Positions 1 to 13,943 of a stretch of 64,000 nucleotides of DNA are shown here, in pieces; positions within the stretch are counted from its first letter, which is position 1; each line of letters opens with the position of its first letter. The stretch comes from Callorhinchus milii (Eukaryota). The translations under genes and the position numbers were made by a program. The stretch covers positions 26,414,001 to 26,478,000 of the forward strand of contig NW_024704742.1 in NCBI RefSeq assembly GCF_018977255.1, written 5' to 3'. The notes beneath the pieces were generated by a model, which made no database searches, was not told the DNA's origin, and worked only from the letters and a program-made list of their open reading frames with translations.

Positions 1-574
1 TCTTGAGCTTGTGAGCTTGTGAACATTAATTATCCTCTGTGTTGCTTAGAGTATCACATAGTTTTAGGCTTATATATATAATATATATATCCAAAGGAAA
101 TTCCTTTTACAAAGTAACTCTGAATAAAAGATGGAAACTGGAAGAAGAAAGAGGGATCCAATCTTTTGTAATGTTGTGTCTGCCCGTTCTTTCGGGTAGA
201 CATTAAAAAATTCAACAACACTAACTGAAAAGAGGAGGGTTTTGCAGTGTCCCAACCATAAATTCTGCAGATTAATCGGTTAGCAAGATAGATCATGGCT
301 GTTTCGTAGGATCCTGATGTGTGAAAAATGACTGTCATGCTTGCCCAGAAAACCAGTCTCTATATATACTTGACAGTAGTTTCTGAACAGCACATTGAGA
401 TACTTCAATACAGTAAGGCTTTATAAAACACTTTAGGAACCTATAACCCTCACAGTCCAGTTATATCACAACTCAATACCCTGCCCTGTTCACGAATAAC
501 TGTTATAGAGAGAAGCAACATAGACCCTGGGGATTAAGAGACCATCTTTGCACTAAAGTCATCATTGTCGAGGG

Positions 575-1005
575 AGACATAGAAACAGGCGTAGGCCATT
601 CCGCCGCTCAAGCCTTTTCCGCTATTCTATTAGACCATGGCTGATCTATACTCGACTCCATTTACCCACCTTTGCTCCATATCCTTTGACACCCGGATCT
701 AACAAAAATCTACTAACCTCAGTCTTGAAAATGTGAATTGATACAACATCCACAGCCTTTTGAAATCTGGAGAAAGCTCCAGATTTAGACTCCGCTTTGT
801 ATGAAAAACTGCTTCTTGATTTGATGTCCTAGCTCTAATTTTAAGATGATTGTTCTGGAGTCCCCCACCAGAGGAAATAGTTTCTCTGTACCTACCCTAT
901 CGAATCCCCTTATCATTTTAGACACCTCAATTTGATCAACCCTCAACCTTGTAAACTCAAGGGAATGAATTACCTCTTAAGACCCGGTATCATACTGGTG
1001 AGACC
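575..1005 (-). mobile_element. CR1-type LINE 3' fragment (others at about 2490-2860 +, 34300-34640 +, 59150-59410 -)
   Basis: ACATAGAAACAGGCGTAGGCCATT terminus and degenerate RGDLIEV(F/Y)KI-type coding remnant. Confidence 0.65.
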
Positions 1006-1478
1006 CTTCAGTGTTGGTGGTGTGGGTGAGTGAAGATTATTTGGGGATAATTGGAACAATTCTGGTACACTTATGTTCAATAAATATAGAAACATAATGG
1101 ATTATGAGGGCAGCTTCTTTTAATCGATTTATTTCCACTTCAGCACAGTTTTACAATTTGAACAATTTGAGCTGCCAGGTCATCGTTGTCTTAGTCTAGT
1201 CCTTCGTCATTAGTATAGATTAATAACAATCCCTGCATTTCAAAGTAATTCTACAATTTAAATTACTAAGTTAACTTTTTAATAAAATCCTGACAGGCAG
1301 AGATACCTTATTAAAATAACAGGCACTGCTTTTTCCCCCTTTTTAAATAGTGTGAACAGGTACAACTCAGTAGTTCCTGTGAGGATGTGTATCAGTCAAT
1401 ACACGTGGGTGTCCATAAACCACTGTGTACTTCAGTGTTGTGCATAAATTGTCATTAAGAGAAATGCGTATAAATTAT

Positions 1479-1735
1479 CAGCCTCGCTCATTTGGTAGCA
1501 CTCCCGCCTCTGGGTCAGAATTGTGTAGGTTCAAGTCCCACATCAGGACTTTTGGGCCTACAGTTTAGATCCACATCAGTACATTACTGTGGGAGTGCTG
1601 TATTGTCGGAAGTACCATTCTTTTCCATAAAACATTAAACCGAGGTCTCTTCTGCCTGTTCAGGTGCAGCTTAAATATCCCATGACACTATTCAAAAGTA
1701 AAATGGAGTTTCTCACCTCACTCGCCTACAAATGT
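1479..1735 (+). mobile_element. DeuSINE-type tRNA SINE (diverged)
   Basis: tRNA head plus Deu-domain-like TAAA(G/T)ATCCCATG(G/A)CACTATT; related copies at about 16532-16860, 26100-26700, 57470-57600, 39880-40020(-), 52130-52320(-). Confidence 0.65.
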
Positions 1736-4589
1736 ATAGTCATTGTTTTGACACCATAAAGCAAATACAAAGATAAATAGGTAGTGTGCATTGTTTAACT
1801 GATTTAGTGGCTATTTTTAGTAATCAAGTGGATAGATCCTCCTTAGAGAACATCCACCTGTCATATATTTTTGTATGGATTAGTTTGTTATGCAAGAGGC
1901 ACAACTGGATTATGTAAAAACTATTTTACATTGACCGTGCAACCATGTCTCACTGTGCATAATCTATCTACAGCCGGTTTTCATCTTATTCAGTACACAG
2001 ACAAATGAGACTATTGTGCCGTAGACTCTTCTGCCTGTACCTTAAATGTCAACTAGTAATGTTCATGGGTAAAGAGGAAATGATAAATCTTGCATTTAAT
2101 ATTGTGTCTTATAGGCACACAAAAAAAACCTCCTCTGAATCAATGAAAAGGTTACAATTCTAAATATATATATATATACACACACACACCACACACACAC
2201 AACGTAAAGAATATATCCAGAGGTAGTACTGATTATTGAATACATTTCTCCCCAGATTGCTCAAATAACTCATAACTGTATTTTATCTTTACTGAAATAT
2301 CCTCAGTCCACTGTGCAAGTTCTCCTCATCTTGCAGTGACATCATTGTCAGGCAAGAGTCGGGCTCTTTAAATCTGTCTGAGCGTCAACCAACCCTATGA
2401 AGGAGAAGTATCAGTGACGAGCTTCACCGACATAAGGGGCTTCCCAAGCCCTAGAGACATTGCAGAGGAGAACAAGGAGGATGATCCCCAGTGTCAGGAA
2501 TGAGCTATGAGCATTGATTAGACTAGCGATGGCTCTTCAGTCTTGAGAGACAACATCTCAGATGGGAACCTATAGAAGTGTATACAATTTTAAGTGGGAT
2601 TGCAAAAGTAAACCAAAAAAAATACTTTCAGATGCACTGAGACAGCAAAAAAAGACACAGGTTTTGGGTGGCAAAAATGAATTTCGTGACAGATACCAGG
2701 AGGCATTTCTTTACTCCGAGGTTAATTAATGAATGGAACAGACTAGCAGCAAGGGCGAATGAAGCCAGAACACAAGGACTCGTTTGAGATACCACTTGAT
2801 GTTGCGATAGAATAGTAATAGTGTGGGTAGTCTGGAAGGATGAGGTAAAATGGGTTGAAAGGTTTTCTTTGGTTAAACCTCTCGTATCCAGCTACAGCAA
2901 TGCCCGACCCACATTCTTTTTCCTGGGCTCAAATGACTCTCAGCAACATTGTGGTTCAGCTTCCTATTAATGCTGCCAACTGGTGACCCATTTGATTCCA
3001 CCCTGTCAGTCAGTACTATGATTAAAGACCTTAAATAATGAACATTTTGTATTTAGTAAACAATCCCACAAACAGCCATAAGTTAAATTCCCTCCTCTTT
3101 TCAAAGCGTTTATGGGAATCTTTAGTGTCTATCTGACTGCAAGCTTGCTTCATTTCAGGATTGTTTAAAGTCTCACCTTTTCATTTATTTCCGGTCAGCA
3201 TAGTTCATCGTAAGTGAATATTTTCTGTACATACATTACAATTTAAATACATTCAGCCACCAAATTGACTGATGTTACTCATTTGCATATTACACCAGAT
3301 TGATCTCTTAATATGATCATATCATCACTTGCATGACAGCACAGGAGAATTTGCCACTTTGTGGGACTGAATGTGAAATACATTTATCTGTGAGGCAAAT
3401 CACGTCACGTGTTTCTGTACTTTGCGTTATCTTCTTACATCAGGGTCTACAGTTTGGGACGTCCTCCTGATGTGAAAGGCGCTATACAAATGTAATTTTG
3501 TTGTTGTAGTACTGTACAATAATGAGGAATCAGAAGTTACCAGATATTAGCCACCCCCATTGTATAGAAATATCAGCTAAAATACCTATAGTTTGTACAA
3601 TGACACCATGGAAAACCAATCCTCTGTTAATTTTGGTGCAAACTGTTTAATTATAACTCACTTAGTTGCACAACTCCACTCCTACCATAAGAGATACTGC
3701 AACATCAATAGGTTCTTAAAACATGTCTCAGTGATTGATATCCTTTGTGGTCTCACTGATAATTTATACTCATTTATAATACAACCCATCCACCGGAGTA
3801 ACTTTTAGCAGAGATTTCTCACACTGCTCAGAATTTAAGCAAAGGATCATTGAATTGGCCCAAAAGTCTGTAAAAATGTGTAATTCTGATCCAAACTCCT
3901 CTCCTGGATTAATGCCAATCATCAGGCCTTTTCAACACCACAGCCCTTCTATCTAACTCAAAACAAGCAGAGATGTAAATGTGATTGATGATCAGAATAG
4001 CCATGCAGTGCAACATCCATTGGGCACTTAGAACCCAAATTTACTGCAGTGAAACACTGCTTTCAACTGGAAAACACTTTGGGATAAAATATTAAATGTG
4101 ATTGACTGTAACCCGGCTACATAGTTCATTATTTTGAAGTTATTAACCAGTTTGTCTCCAGGCAGAATTCTGCCTTCCTTCAAATATGTTTTTTTTATAT
4201 AATAACCAGGGATCCAATTAGCTCTGAATAAGATATTTCATCAGCACTTCCAATTCCTCCCTCCCAATAAAAACAAAACACATTATGGTTTTAAAATCAG
4301 TACAAAGCATTTCATGTTAGAATTTGACGGTGATTGGCCTTTGCAAGTCTGCTTAAAAACAAATAATGAAAATTAAACATGTTCCAACCTGCATTTTCTG
4401 ATTTAACAAAACAATCGATTTAACAATAAAAAAAAACAGCCTGGGCGAGGATGTTAAGATGTTCTGTGTTCACTAAATACTGCAGTGCAACCTGTGCCCA
4501 ACCCATCATTGAGTTGCAAAGATGTCATAGAGTGGCAACAACAATGCCCAAGTAATCCAAAATACCCACATACTCACCCACACTAAACT

Positions 4590-5020
4590 CCACATCCCCA
4601 TCACCCCAGTTCTAGTCAGCCTCCACTGGCTCCCTATCACCGAACAGATCGATTTCAAGATCCTCACGCTCGTCTTCAAATCCTTTCATGCCCTGGGACC
4701 CCTGTACCTCTCCGACTTGCTTTCTCCCCAATCCACTCCCCGCTGCCTCCGCTCGTTACTGGCTCCGGCCTCCTGCTTGTCCCTCGTGCCCTCCTCCGTT
4801 CCACCATCGGTGGCCGTGCTTTCAGCCCCTGCGCTCCGAAACACTGGAACTCTCTCCCTCCCCCCTCGCCCCATCCACAGATCGCGCCCAAAGACCTTCC
4901 CCTTCCACGGTGCCTCCAGTCACCTCCCCCCCCCCCGGCTCGGCTTCGCACTCCGCCATTGTCAAGCGCACTGCGACTCTAGCCTGCACGAGGGACGCCG
5001 TATAAATGCAAGTCGTTGTG
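4590..5020 (+). mobile_element. L2 LINE 3' fragment (similar fragments at about 15110-15350, 20220-20550, 24140-24530, 38230-38570, 41140-41600, 49770-50140 and 40720-41030 on minus)
   Basis: LHWLPI..IDFKIL-type coding remnant and tail TATAAATGCAAGT. Confidence 0.8.
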
Positions 5021-5482
5021 GCGCTTTAGAGATAAAGTCACTACACCTCAAGCTACTTCACGCGGGTACAAACACATTAAGAACAACATCGACATAACCT
5101 TATATTAGATGTTTAAAGTTCACTAACAGCCACAAAGACAACTGGTATTTGACTGTGCGGACGTGGGTGGGGTGTTCACCAATAAAATCTCGATTACTGA
5201 AAGCTAAAACTACTATAGCAGACACACACACACACACACATATATGACATGAACATTTTGGGAGAAAAGATGCCACAAAATAGTCTTTCACCCATGGGTC
5301 GCAGGAGGTGGCATTTCTGTCCCTCCTCCCCAGTGGGATCTGAAAGAGCACAGATTGGAAAGTGACTCCACACACAAAAAAAAGAGAGAAAGAAAAAAAA
5401 GAGAGAGAAGAGAGGATGAGCAGAGGTCAGACACAAGCACCGACTGAGAGAATGTCAAGGCTTTGCTCCAGCTGTGAAAACC

Positions 5483-6478
5483 TGAGTGAGTGAGTGAGTG
5501 AGTGAGTGAGTGAGTGAGTGAGTGAGTGAGTGAGTAGAGTGAGTGAGTGAGTGAGTGGGTGAGTGGGTGGGTGGGTGGGAGGAAGGGAGTGAAGGGGAGT
5601 GAGTGAGTGAAAGGGAGTGAGTGAGTGAGTGAAGGAGAGTGAGTGAGTGAGTGAGTGAGTGAGTGAAAGGGAGTGAGTGAAAGGGAGTGAGTGAGTGAGT
5701 GAGTGAGTGAAAGGGAGTGAGTGAGTGAGTGAGTGGGTGGGTGGGTGGGAGGGAGGGAGGGAGGGAGTGAAGGGGAGTGAGTGAGTGAAAGGGAGTGAGT
5801 GAGTGAGTGAAGGGGAGTGAGTGAGTGAGTGAAAGGGAGTGAGTGAAAGGGAGTGAGTGAGTGAGTGAGTGAGTGAGTGGGAGGGAGTGAGTGAGTGAGT
5901 GAAGGGGAGTGAGTGAGTGAAAGGGAGTGAGTGAGTGAGTGAGTGAGTGAAAGGGAGTGAGTGAGTGAGAGTGAGTGAAAGGGAGTGAGTGAGTGAAAGA
6001 AAGGGAGTGAATGAGTGAATGAGTGAGTGAGTGAGTGAAAGGGAGTGAGTGAAAGGGAGTGAGTGAAAGGGAGTGAGTGAAAGTGAGTGGGAGTGAGTAA
6101 GTGAAAGGGAGTAAGTGAGTGAGTGAGTGATAGGGAGTGAGTGGGAGTGAGTGAGTGAGAGTGAAAGGGAGTGAGTGAGAGAGTGAAAGAAAGGGAGTGA
6201 GTGAGTGAAAGGGAGTGAGTGAGTGAAAGGGAGTGAGTGAGTGAATGAGTGATAGGGAGTGAGTGAGTGAAGGGGAGTGAGTGAGAGTGAAAGGGAGTGA
6301 GTGAGAGAGTGAAAGAAAGGGAGTGAGTGAGTGAAAGGGAGTAAGTGAGTGAGTGAGTGAGTGAAAGGGAGTGAGTGAGTGAGTGAGTGAAGGGGAGTGA
6401 GTGAGTGAGTGAGTGAGTGGGAGTGAGTGAGTGAGTGAGTGAGAGGGAGTGAGTGGGAGTGAGAGTGAGTGAGTGAGT
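5483..6478 (+). repeat. (GAGT)n microsatellite with interspersed GAAAGG units
   Basis: Seen directly. Confidence 0.97.
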
Positions 6479-6608
6479 GTAAAGGAGGGTTGGCTGCCCC
6501 GCCCTGCCCTCCATCCCAGCTCTGCGAGAGGCAGACAGATCCTCTGCAGCACTCGGCACCACAGCATCGCTGGGGCCTGAAGATCTGCAATGTGACAGAG
6601 CAAAAAAT

Positions 6609-6902
6609 ACACACACACACAACACCATACACCACACACAACACCCCACACAACACCACACACCCCACACAACACCACACACCCCACACCACACCACACA
6701 CCACACACAACACCACACACCCCACACAACACCACACACCCCACACAACACCACACACCCCACACAACACCACACACCACACCACACACCACACACCACA
6801 CCACACACACACACAACACCACACACCCCACACCACACCCCACACCCCACACCACACACAACACCACACACCACACACCACACACAACACCACACACCCC
6901 AC
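6609..6902 (+). repeat. CA-rich compound microsatellite
   Basis: Seen directly. Confidence 0.95.
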
Positions 6903-7435
6903 CGTTTAAAAGGACAGATTAAAAAAAAGAGCAGATATTTTATATATATATATATACACACATATATATATAAAATATCTGCTCTTCACAGCAGATATTT
7001 TATATATATATATATAAATATAAATAAAAACCCATTTTTTTCCCCCCTCAGACACGAACAGCACCACACAGGGGAACCCACCCTTTTTTTCCCCCTTTTC
7101 CCCCATCCCTTTTTTCTGCCAACGTCGTGGCTTTTAACGCGACTCCTTTCTCGACACCTGAAACCCACAGTATTTTGGGGGCGAGTTTCAAATGTCTGGG
7201 GGTCTGGGGGTCTGGGGTGGGGGGGTTCGATTAAAAAAAAAGGAATTTTTTTTTTGGGGGGGAGAGGGGGAGAGGGGGAGAGGAAGGAAAGAAAATACCC
7301 TAAGAAAGAAGAAGAATCCTATGTGAACGCTCCGGTGAGGCGGTGCAGTATAAAGCCGCAAAGGTTGAACCGAGTACGTGTTGCTGAGAGAGGTGCGGAT
7401 TTCTGCGCCGCCACATCTGTCCTGGACGGCTCAGG

Positions 7436-8178
7436 TGGGCTGGGCTGGGCTGAGCTGGGCTGGGCTGGGCTGTACTGGGCTGGGCTGGGCTGGACTGTAC
7501 TGGGCTGGGCTGGGCTGGACTGTACTGGGCTGGGTTATACTGTGCTGTACTGTGCTGGGCTGTACTGGACTGTGCTGCACTGAGCTGTGCTGTACTCTAC
7601 TGTGCTGGGCTGTGCTGTACTGTACTGGGCTGTGCTGGACTGGGCTGTGCTGTACTGTGCTGTACTGGGCTGTACTGTACTGTGCTGGGCTGTACTTTGC
7701 TGTACTGGGCTGGGCTGTGCTGTGCTAGGCTGGGCTGTGCTGTACTGTACTGTGCTGGGCTGTGCTGTACTGGGCTGTACTGTGCTGGGCTGTGCTGTAC
7801 TGTGCTGGGCTGTACTGTGCTGTGCTGGGCTGTGCTGTACTGTGCTGTACTGTGCTGTACTGTGCTGGGCTGTGCTGTACTGGGCTGTGCTATACTGGGC
7901 TGTGCTGTACTGGGCTGTACTGGGCTGTGCTGTACTGGGCTGTACTGGGCTGTGCTGTACTGTGCTGGGCTGTACTGTGCTGGGCTGTACTGGGCTGTAC
8001 TGTGCTGGGCTGGGCTGTACTGGGCTGTGCTGTACTGGGCTGTGCTGTGCTGTGCTGTACTGTGCTGTACTGTACTGGGCTGGGCTGTGCTGTACTGGGC
8101 TGTGCTGTGCTGTACTGTACTGTGCTGTGCTGTGCTGTGCTGTACTGTGCTGGGCTGTGCTGGGCTGAGCTGGGCTGC
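7436..8178 (+). repeat. Pentamer satellite (CTGGG/CTGTA/CTGTG variants)
   Basis: Seen directly; 5-nt periodicity throughout. Confidence 0.97.
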
Positions 8179-8184
8179 ACTTAC

Positions 8185-8580
8185 CTGCCATGCTGACTGT
8201 CCTGTCCTCACGTCCCGGGTGCGGGTTTACACCTGAACACTGGCTTCAGCAACACTTGGTATCTTCTTAAGATCGTGTCTCGATGGGTTTTTTTCGCAAG
8301 AAAAAGCGAAACACCTTCATGTCTCCACCGGTTTCCGCGACAGGAGAAAGTCCAGCTGCAGGTTCATTTTTTTTTAAAAAAAAGACCCTCTATTCTTATC
8401 TCTTTCTCTCTCTCTCTTTATATATATGTATACATGTATATATTTAATATATATATACAGTACACATACACATTTCCATGCAGAGAGATGTCTTCAGTCG
8501 TTGGCTGCTGTTTTTTTCTTCTTGGTTTTCTTGCTTCTTGTTGGAATCTTATTTGGGTTGAAGATAATTTTGCTCTCTGA
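8185..8580 (-). other. Probable first exon of a minus-strand gene running off the left end (JAKMIP1 by mammalian synteny, unverified); 5' boundary uncertain
   Basis: Unique CpG-containing island between satellites ending in the consensus donor ATGGCAG|GTAAGT at 8185/8184; contains a uORF at 8320-8267. Confidence 0.45.
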
Positions 8581-8584
8581 CTGC

Positions 8585-9216
8585 TGTGTGTGTGTGTGTG
8601 TGGGGGGGGGGGGGGGGTGTTGTGGGTGTGGGTGGGTGTGGGTGTGTGTATGTGGGTGTGGGGGTGTGTGTGTGGATGTGGGTGTGGGTGTGTGTGTGTG
8701 GATGTGTGTGTGGGTGTGTGTGTGTGGGGGGGGGTAGGTGTGTGTGTGTGTGGGGGTGTGTGTGGGGGGGTAGGTGTGTGTGTGTGGTGGGGTAGGTGTG
8801 TGTGTGTGGGGGGTAGGTGTGGGTGTGTAGGTGTGTGTGTAGGTGTGTGTGTAGGTGTGTGTGTGTGTGGGGTGTGTGTGGGGTGGTAGGTGTGTGTGTG
8901 TGTGGTGTGTGTGTGTGGGTGGGGTGGTGTGGGTGTGTAGGTGTGTGTGTAGGTGTGTGTGTGTGTGGGTGTGTGTGTGTAGGTGTGTGTGTGTGTGTGT
9001 GTGGGTGTGTGTGGGTGTGTGTGTGTGTGTAGGTGTGTGTGTGTGTGTAGGTGTGTAGGTGTGTGTGTGTGTGTGGGTGTGTGTGGGTGTGTGTGTGTGT
9101 GTGGGTGTGTGTGTGTGTGTGGGTGTGTAGATGTGTAGGTGTGTGTGTGTGTAGATGTGTAGATGTGGGTGTGTGTGTGTGTGTGGGTGTGTGTGTGTGT
9201 GAGTGTGTGTGTGTGT
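8585..9216 (+). repeat. (GT)n compound microsatellite with GGGT/GTAG interruptions
   Basis: Seen directly. Confidence 0.97.
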
Positions 9217-10672
9217 GGCTTGTTGCAGGAGAGGTGGGTGCTGCTGTGTGGACAGCTCCCCAGCACAGAGCTCACTCACTCACTCACTCACTCATTCACA
9301 CTTACTGACTGACTGACTGACTGTGAGCTGTGAGGTTAGATCCGCACAACGTCAAGGCTGCAACACACTCCTTAAACAGGCAAAGCACACTGCCTGCCTC
9401 TGCTCACTTACATACAGCAGCACAGTCACCGCCACCCCCCCCCCCCCACCCTCCCCTTCTCGCTTCTTTTTCCTTTTAAAAATACCCAAATGTTTATTTT
9501 AGGAGGAGGAGGAAGGGGGGGCGAAAAAAATCAGTGCCTGCCATGGACTTAGAATAAAATACCCCAATTCACCTTCCCACCCAGCAAGGAGTGCATTTTT
9601 TTTTACCACAATAAATCAATGACCAAGTCATCTCCCACCTTTAAATTAGTAGTGGTCGCTGTTTTAAAAGATGTGACTCAAAAGATCACACAAATAAGGT
9701 CACTGTGCATTTTCCCCCATTTAATACTAACTTAATAAAAGGGGATTTTCCAACCTGATGTTTTTTCAAAGGTGGGGCCCACCAGGGATCAGCCTTAAAC
9801 AGGTTTTTCTATATCTTTATTTTTTTAAAAAAAAGCTCAGTTTGGACCCTTGCCCACTCCCATTTGATACTTTTAGAATGAATGAATGTGTATATATACA
9901 CACATAAATAAAACAAAGCATTAGCAAAGAGCAGAACGTATGCTTTTAAAATGTGGGGACCACCGTACAAATCATGTATGTGAAATCGAAATGTTCAAGG
10001 GAATGGGATTTAAAAATAAAAATCTGATCCTAGTCCGGTCAGATGTCTATATTATCGAAACGTTCCTTCACATCCAGTCTTAACATCGAGCTCCTTCTTT
10101 TCTCCCGAGGCCTGTGTCGTTTCTCCAGACATCTCACACAAGGGGCAACACAACTCATCAGCAACTCATTGCCACAGGGTTTGGCATTCCTTCACACTCA
10201 ACAAGAAGTGCATTTTTATACAATAAAAGGGTTACATTAATACCATGTAATCTCCCCAAAACAAAAGCATAATAATCCTGTAATTCAACAGCATCAGCAC
10301 TCAAGTGATGCCCTTAATGTGCTCCTAATGTACAGTTTATCTAAAGTAAGTCCACTCTCCTGATGGCAGTACATTAAAGAAAATTATTGTAAATAATAAA
10401 GGGACCATTAACAGTGTTCTGCTCTTAAAAATAAATGAAACATGTCCAGAAATGTGAAGAGGGAAGAGTTTAGGTGATGCACTCAGCTTTTCCATCTTGT
10501 TTTTCCATCTTCAGGACCTGGATTTGACTCCAGCCCAGCCAGTCTCCTTGTTCAACCTTAATAATAATCCTTGCATTTGATATAGAATATAGTGCCTTTC
10601 ACTAACAGTGAATCCTGTGAAGCACATTATGAGACGTCCTGATAATGCTTCACAGGATTCACTGTAAGTGTA

Positions 10673-10841
10673 CATTAAACTCCTGATAACCATGTCTTAA
10701 CTTGTTATTACCGCTTAAGTCATCATGCTGTCAATATCCCGGCCGCATTTATTTATTTATACATATGCCTAATTCGCCGCTCCTGATAACTGGTCACTGA
10801 GCCCGTTTCCCTTGGAGCAACGAGTTATCAAACGTTTATTG
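10673..10841. mobile_element. Tigger/pogo-type MITE
   Basis: Imperfect TIRs CATTAAACTCCTGATAAC / GTTATCAAACGTTTATTG, flanked by TA on both sides. Confidence 0.5.
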
Positions 10842-13586
10842 TAGTGACTATGTATTTGTAGGCAAGCACAACACCCAATTTGCACACAGCAATGCCCCAC
10901 AAACAACCATGAAGTGAATGACCAATTGTATCTGGAGGATTGTTAGCCGGGACATCGGGAGAAACTGCCAACACATTTCAAATAGGGCCATGGGATCTTT
11001 AACATCTATCTGAACAGAGAGAAGGAGCCTTGGTTTAAAGTCTTACTGTGCCTTGACAGCCTTTGTATAGTCCCTAGTCAGCATAGATTCACACAATGGC
11101 TGTCCAGATTTCAACGTAAACTGTGATTCTTAGATGCCACATGGTTTATGTGGGAAATTGAGACGATTTTACACTTTGCAATTTTTTTGTGGCCCACACT
11201 CTTACCTGTCCTGGGCATGCTTGGCAGTCACACTTCATAGCCAAAGGCAGACGAATGCTCCCTTTCCCCAGCATCGATGAGGGAAAAACAAAATGATCTT
11301 TTCCAAACACTTCCCATTCCTAAAGGTTCATCATAACCTGCAGCATTGCACATTGTGGTGGGGCTCCAATGAGTTAATTGATAAGATGGTGGATTCACAC
11401 CTCGAGCAATGAATTGCTGGGACAGAGGGAGGGAGCAGACATGATGTCAGTGGGAAGGAGGTAAAATTGAACTAGAGACGTCTCTAAATAACTAGATATA
11501 CACAGAGCAGCTAAATGTAAATATAAAAAAACACCCGCCGGGTTCACTGTGATAGTGTGTGCAGTGTATTATTGTTCACCACGTCTTCAATTGTTGCCAG
11601 AAACATTACAGTGAAGCAGGTGGTATTTGTACTCTTGCCATCAGTATTTCATTAATAACTGAAGAAGCATTTTGCCCTGTGTACATCTACAACACTGACC
11701 CATGGCAGACTGTGCTCCATGCTCTAATCATACCTTTGGTGATCCAGGAACCTGCTTTCATTTCAGCAGCACATAAAGATTTCTGACAGCTGGAAAATTA
11801 CAGTACTACCATTAATAACAATATTTTTAACAGCAGATATATCAGTCACCATTATGTGTGTGTGTGTGTGTGTGCTCGTGTGTGTAGTGTGCATGTGTTT
11901 CCCATTTCAACGTCCCATCTACCTTTTCAGGAATTGAACTGGGACTGAAAGGATTGCTCTTAACAGAGCCAGAACAGACATGATGGGATGAATGGCCTTC
12001 TGTTATGTGAATTTCTATGGGTCTAGGTGGAAGCTAAAGATCGCATGGCACTATTTGAAAAGAGTAGTGAGTTTGTCCCAGTGTCCTGGCCAACAATCCC
12101 CTCCCCCCCGATAAAATTGGTCATTCACTTTGTGGCAATTTGTGGGACATTACTGTGATTTTCTTTCCAACATGTATTTTCTGACCAATTTCAGTGGTAG
12201 AAATAAAAAGTTGCATTTCTCAACGGGATGTGATATGGCTGTTTTTCTCTACCCATTGCGGAAGTGTCACCGTTCCGTTCTAAACATTTGTAGGACTGCA
12301 CTGCATAACAAGCACAAATCCTAGAAACATAGGAACAGGAGTAGGCCATTCAGCCCTGGCATCATTCTGGTGAATCTGCGCCCTTCCTCCTCCAGGGTTA
12401 ATATATTGTTCATTATTAATATGTCAATGCAGACAATACATGTTTACATAGATAATTCAGCACACTGCCAGTAAGTTTCAGAACAGATATGTGGTTTATC
12501 TGATCAGATGAGAAGTCTCCTCCATTGGTTGATACTGACTGAATGGGGCTGTATGATGAACCTGCAGGACCATCTTTCTTCAGATTAAAAGGTAATCTGA
12601 TTGAGATAATAATAAAGGGAATTCACCAGTGAGATATGACACTTGCTTCTGGTACAGGGATCCAGAGAATACAAGACAACAAGAAAACAAAACAAAAAGA
12701 AGAAAATCGCAGAACAAACCCCAGTTGAAAGTGCGATCAAAAAAGATGGCTTTGCACAGAGATTGTGGAATGCACAGCCCCACAAGGCAGCAGATGCCTA
12801 GGGGAATGGTATAAAAAAGAGCTGCCACCCACTAATAAAATGCCATTTGGCTCAATGAATAACAATAATAATTCTTACATTTGGTATAGTGCCTTTCACG
12901 TCAAGAAAACATCCCAAACGTATCATGGCATATGTATAGTGTGAGGTGGAGTGACTGTGTTTTTCTTCAGCAAATTGTCTCCTCCTGTTCAATATTTTAA
13001 TATGATTGAGAAGGATTGGAGAGAAAATACAAATTGGATTCTTTCGGATCGTTATTTGTGACGGGACTCTTCATTCAAGGGAATATTACTGCTTTAAAGC
13101 CACTTCACCGGCTGTCAGATCATCGCCTGGGTTTGCAGAGAAGGCTTGTAAGTAGCTTTTATCTCTCTTCTCCTCTCCGCCTTGAAAAGAGCTCACCACT
13201 TTAATTGGCTTTGGTGCTTAAATTGCAAATATGGTGTCTGCACCAGCAGTCTGTCACTGAAAATGTTAGGAGTATCAGCACTGTTATTCCCTCAGTGTGG
13301 ACATCACATGGTCACCACTCAATGTATCTCCACAGTCAATGACAGAGATCAGCAAAACTAAAAACACGTTCAAACTAAATTAAAAACTTTCCAAATCACT
13401 CAGAATATATCATAAAAACTAACAAATACAGAAGGATCTCGGGAGCGTAGGCCCATCTGCTTACAGTGCTGCACAATCTTCTAATCTGTATGGTTTAGCG
13501 TTGTAAATTGTGAAGTCTGTATGGTCTAGCATTGGTAAAATCCTGTCTGAATTGCCTAGCAGGAATAAATCATCTGGTCTGTGCTA

Positions 13587-13943
13587 GTGGAGACCTGTAG
13601 TCTAGCGGTTAGCATGCTCGCCTCACAAGCGAAAGGACCTGCGTTCAATTCCCGAGCAGGATGAAACCGAAGGCAAGTTTCCTTACTCCACATGCCTGTT
13701 TACCTGGCAGTAATTAGGGACCCGGTTGCTAGTCGATCGGCAGATCGCTTTTCTGGGGGTTATAAACTATCCAAAAAAGTAAATAAATTTGGTCACTCAA
13801 TCCATGACTGTTTGTGGGACACTGCTGTGCGCAATCGGCTGCCGTGTTTACCCACAAAATATAGTCAATTCACTTTACAGTGAAGCGCTTTTAGATGTCT
13901 CAACGACACGATAAGACACTATATCAAATGCAAAAATTATTAT
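13587..13943 (+). mobile_element. Older, longer subfamily of the same SINE
   Basis: tRNA head GTAGTCTAGCGGTTAGC..GTTCAATTCCC, extra internal segment, same tail. Confidence 0.85.

Noticed and set aside
8185..8191. ATGGCAG micro-coding exon as in PPP2R2A/D exon 1
   Set aside because: Seven nt is not diagnostic, and the PPP2R2 paralog of this locus (PPP2R2C) lies downstream of WFS1 in mammals.
9236..9260. REST/RE1-like site (GGACAGCTCC half-site)
   Set aside because: The left half is missing in canonical orientation and spacing.
5288..9308. Long ORFs in several frames (THSL, CCTVL, HTHT repeats)
   Set aside because: Translations of stop-free microsatellites, open in multiple frames and strands.
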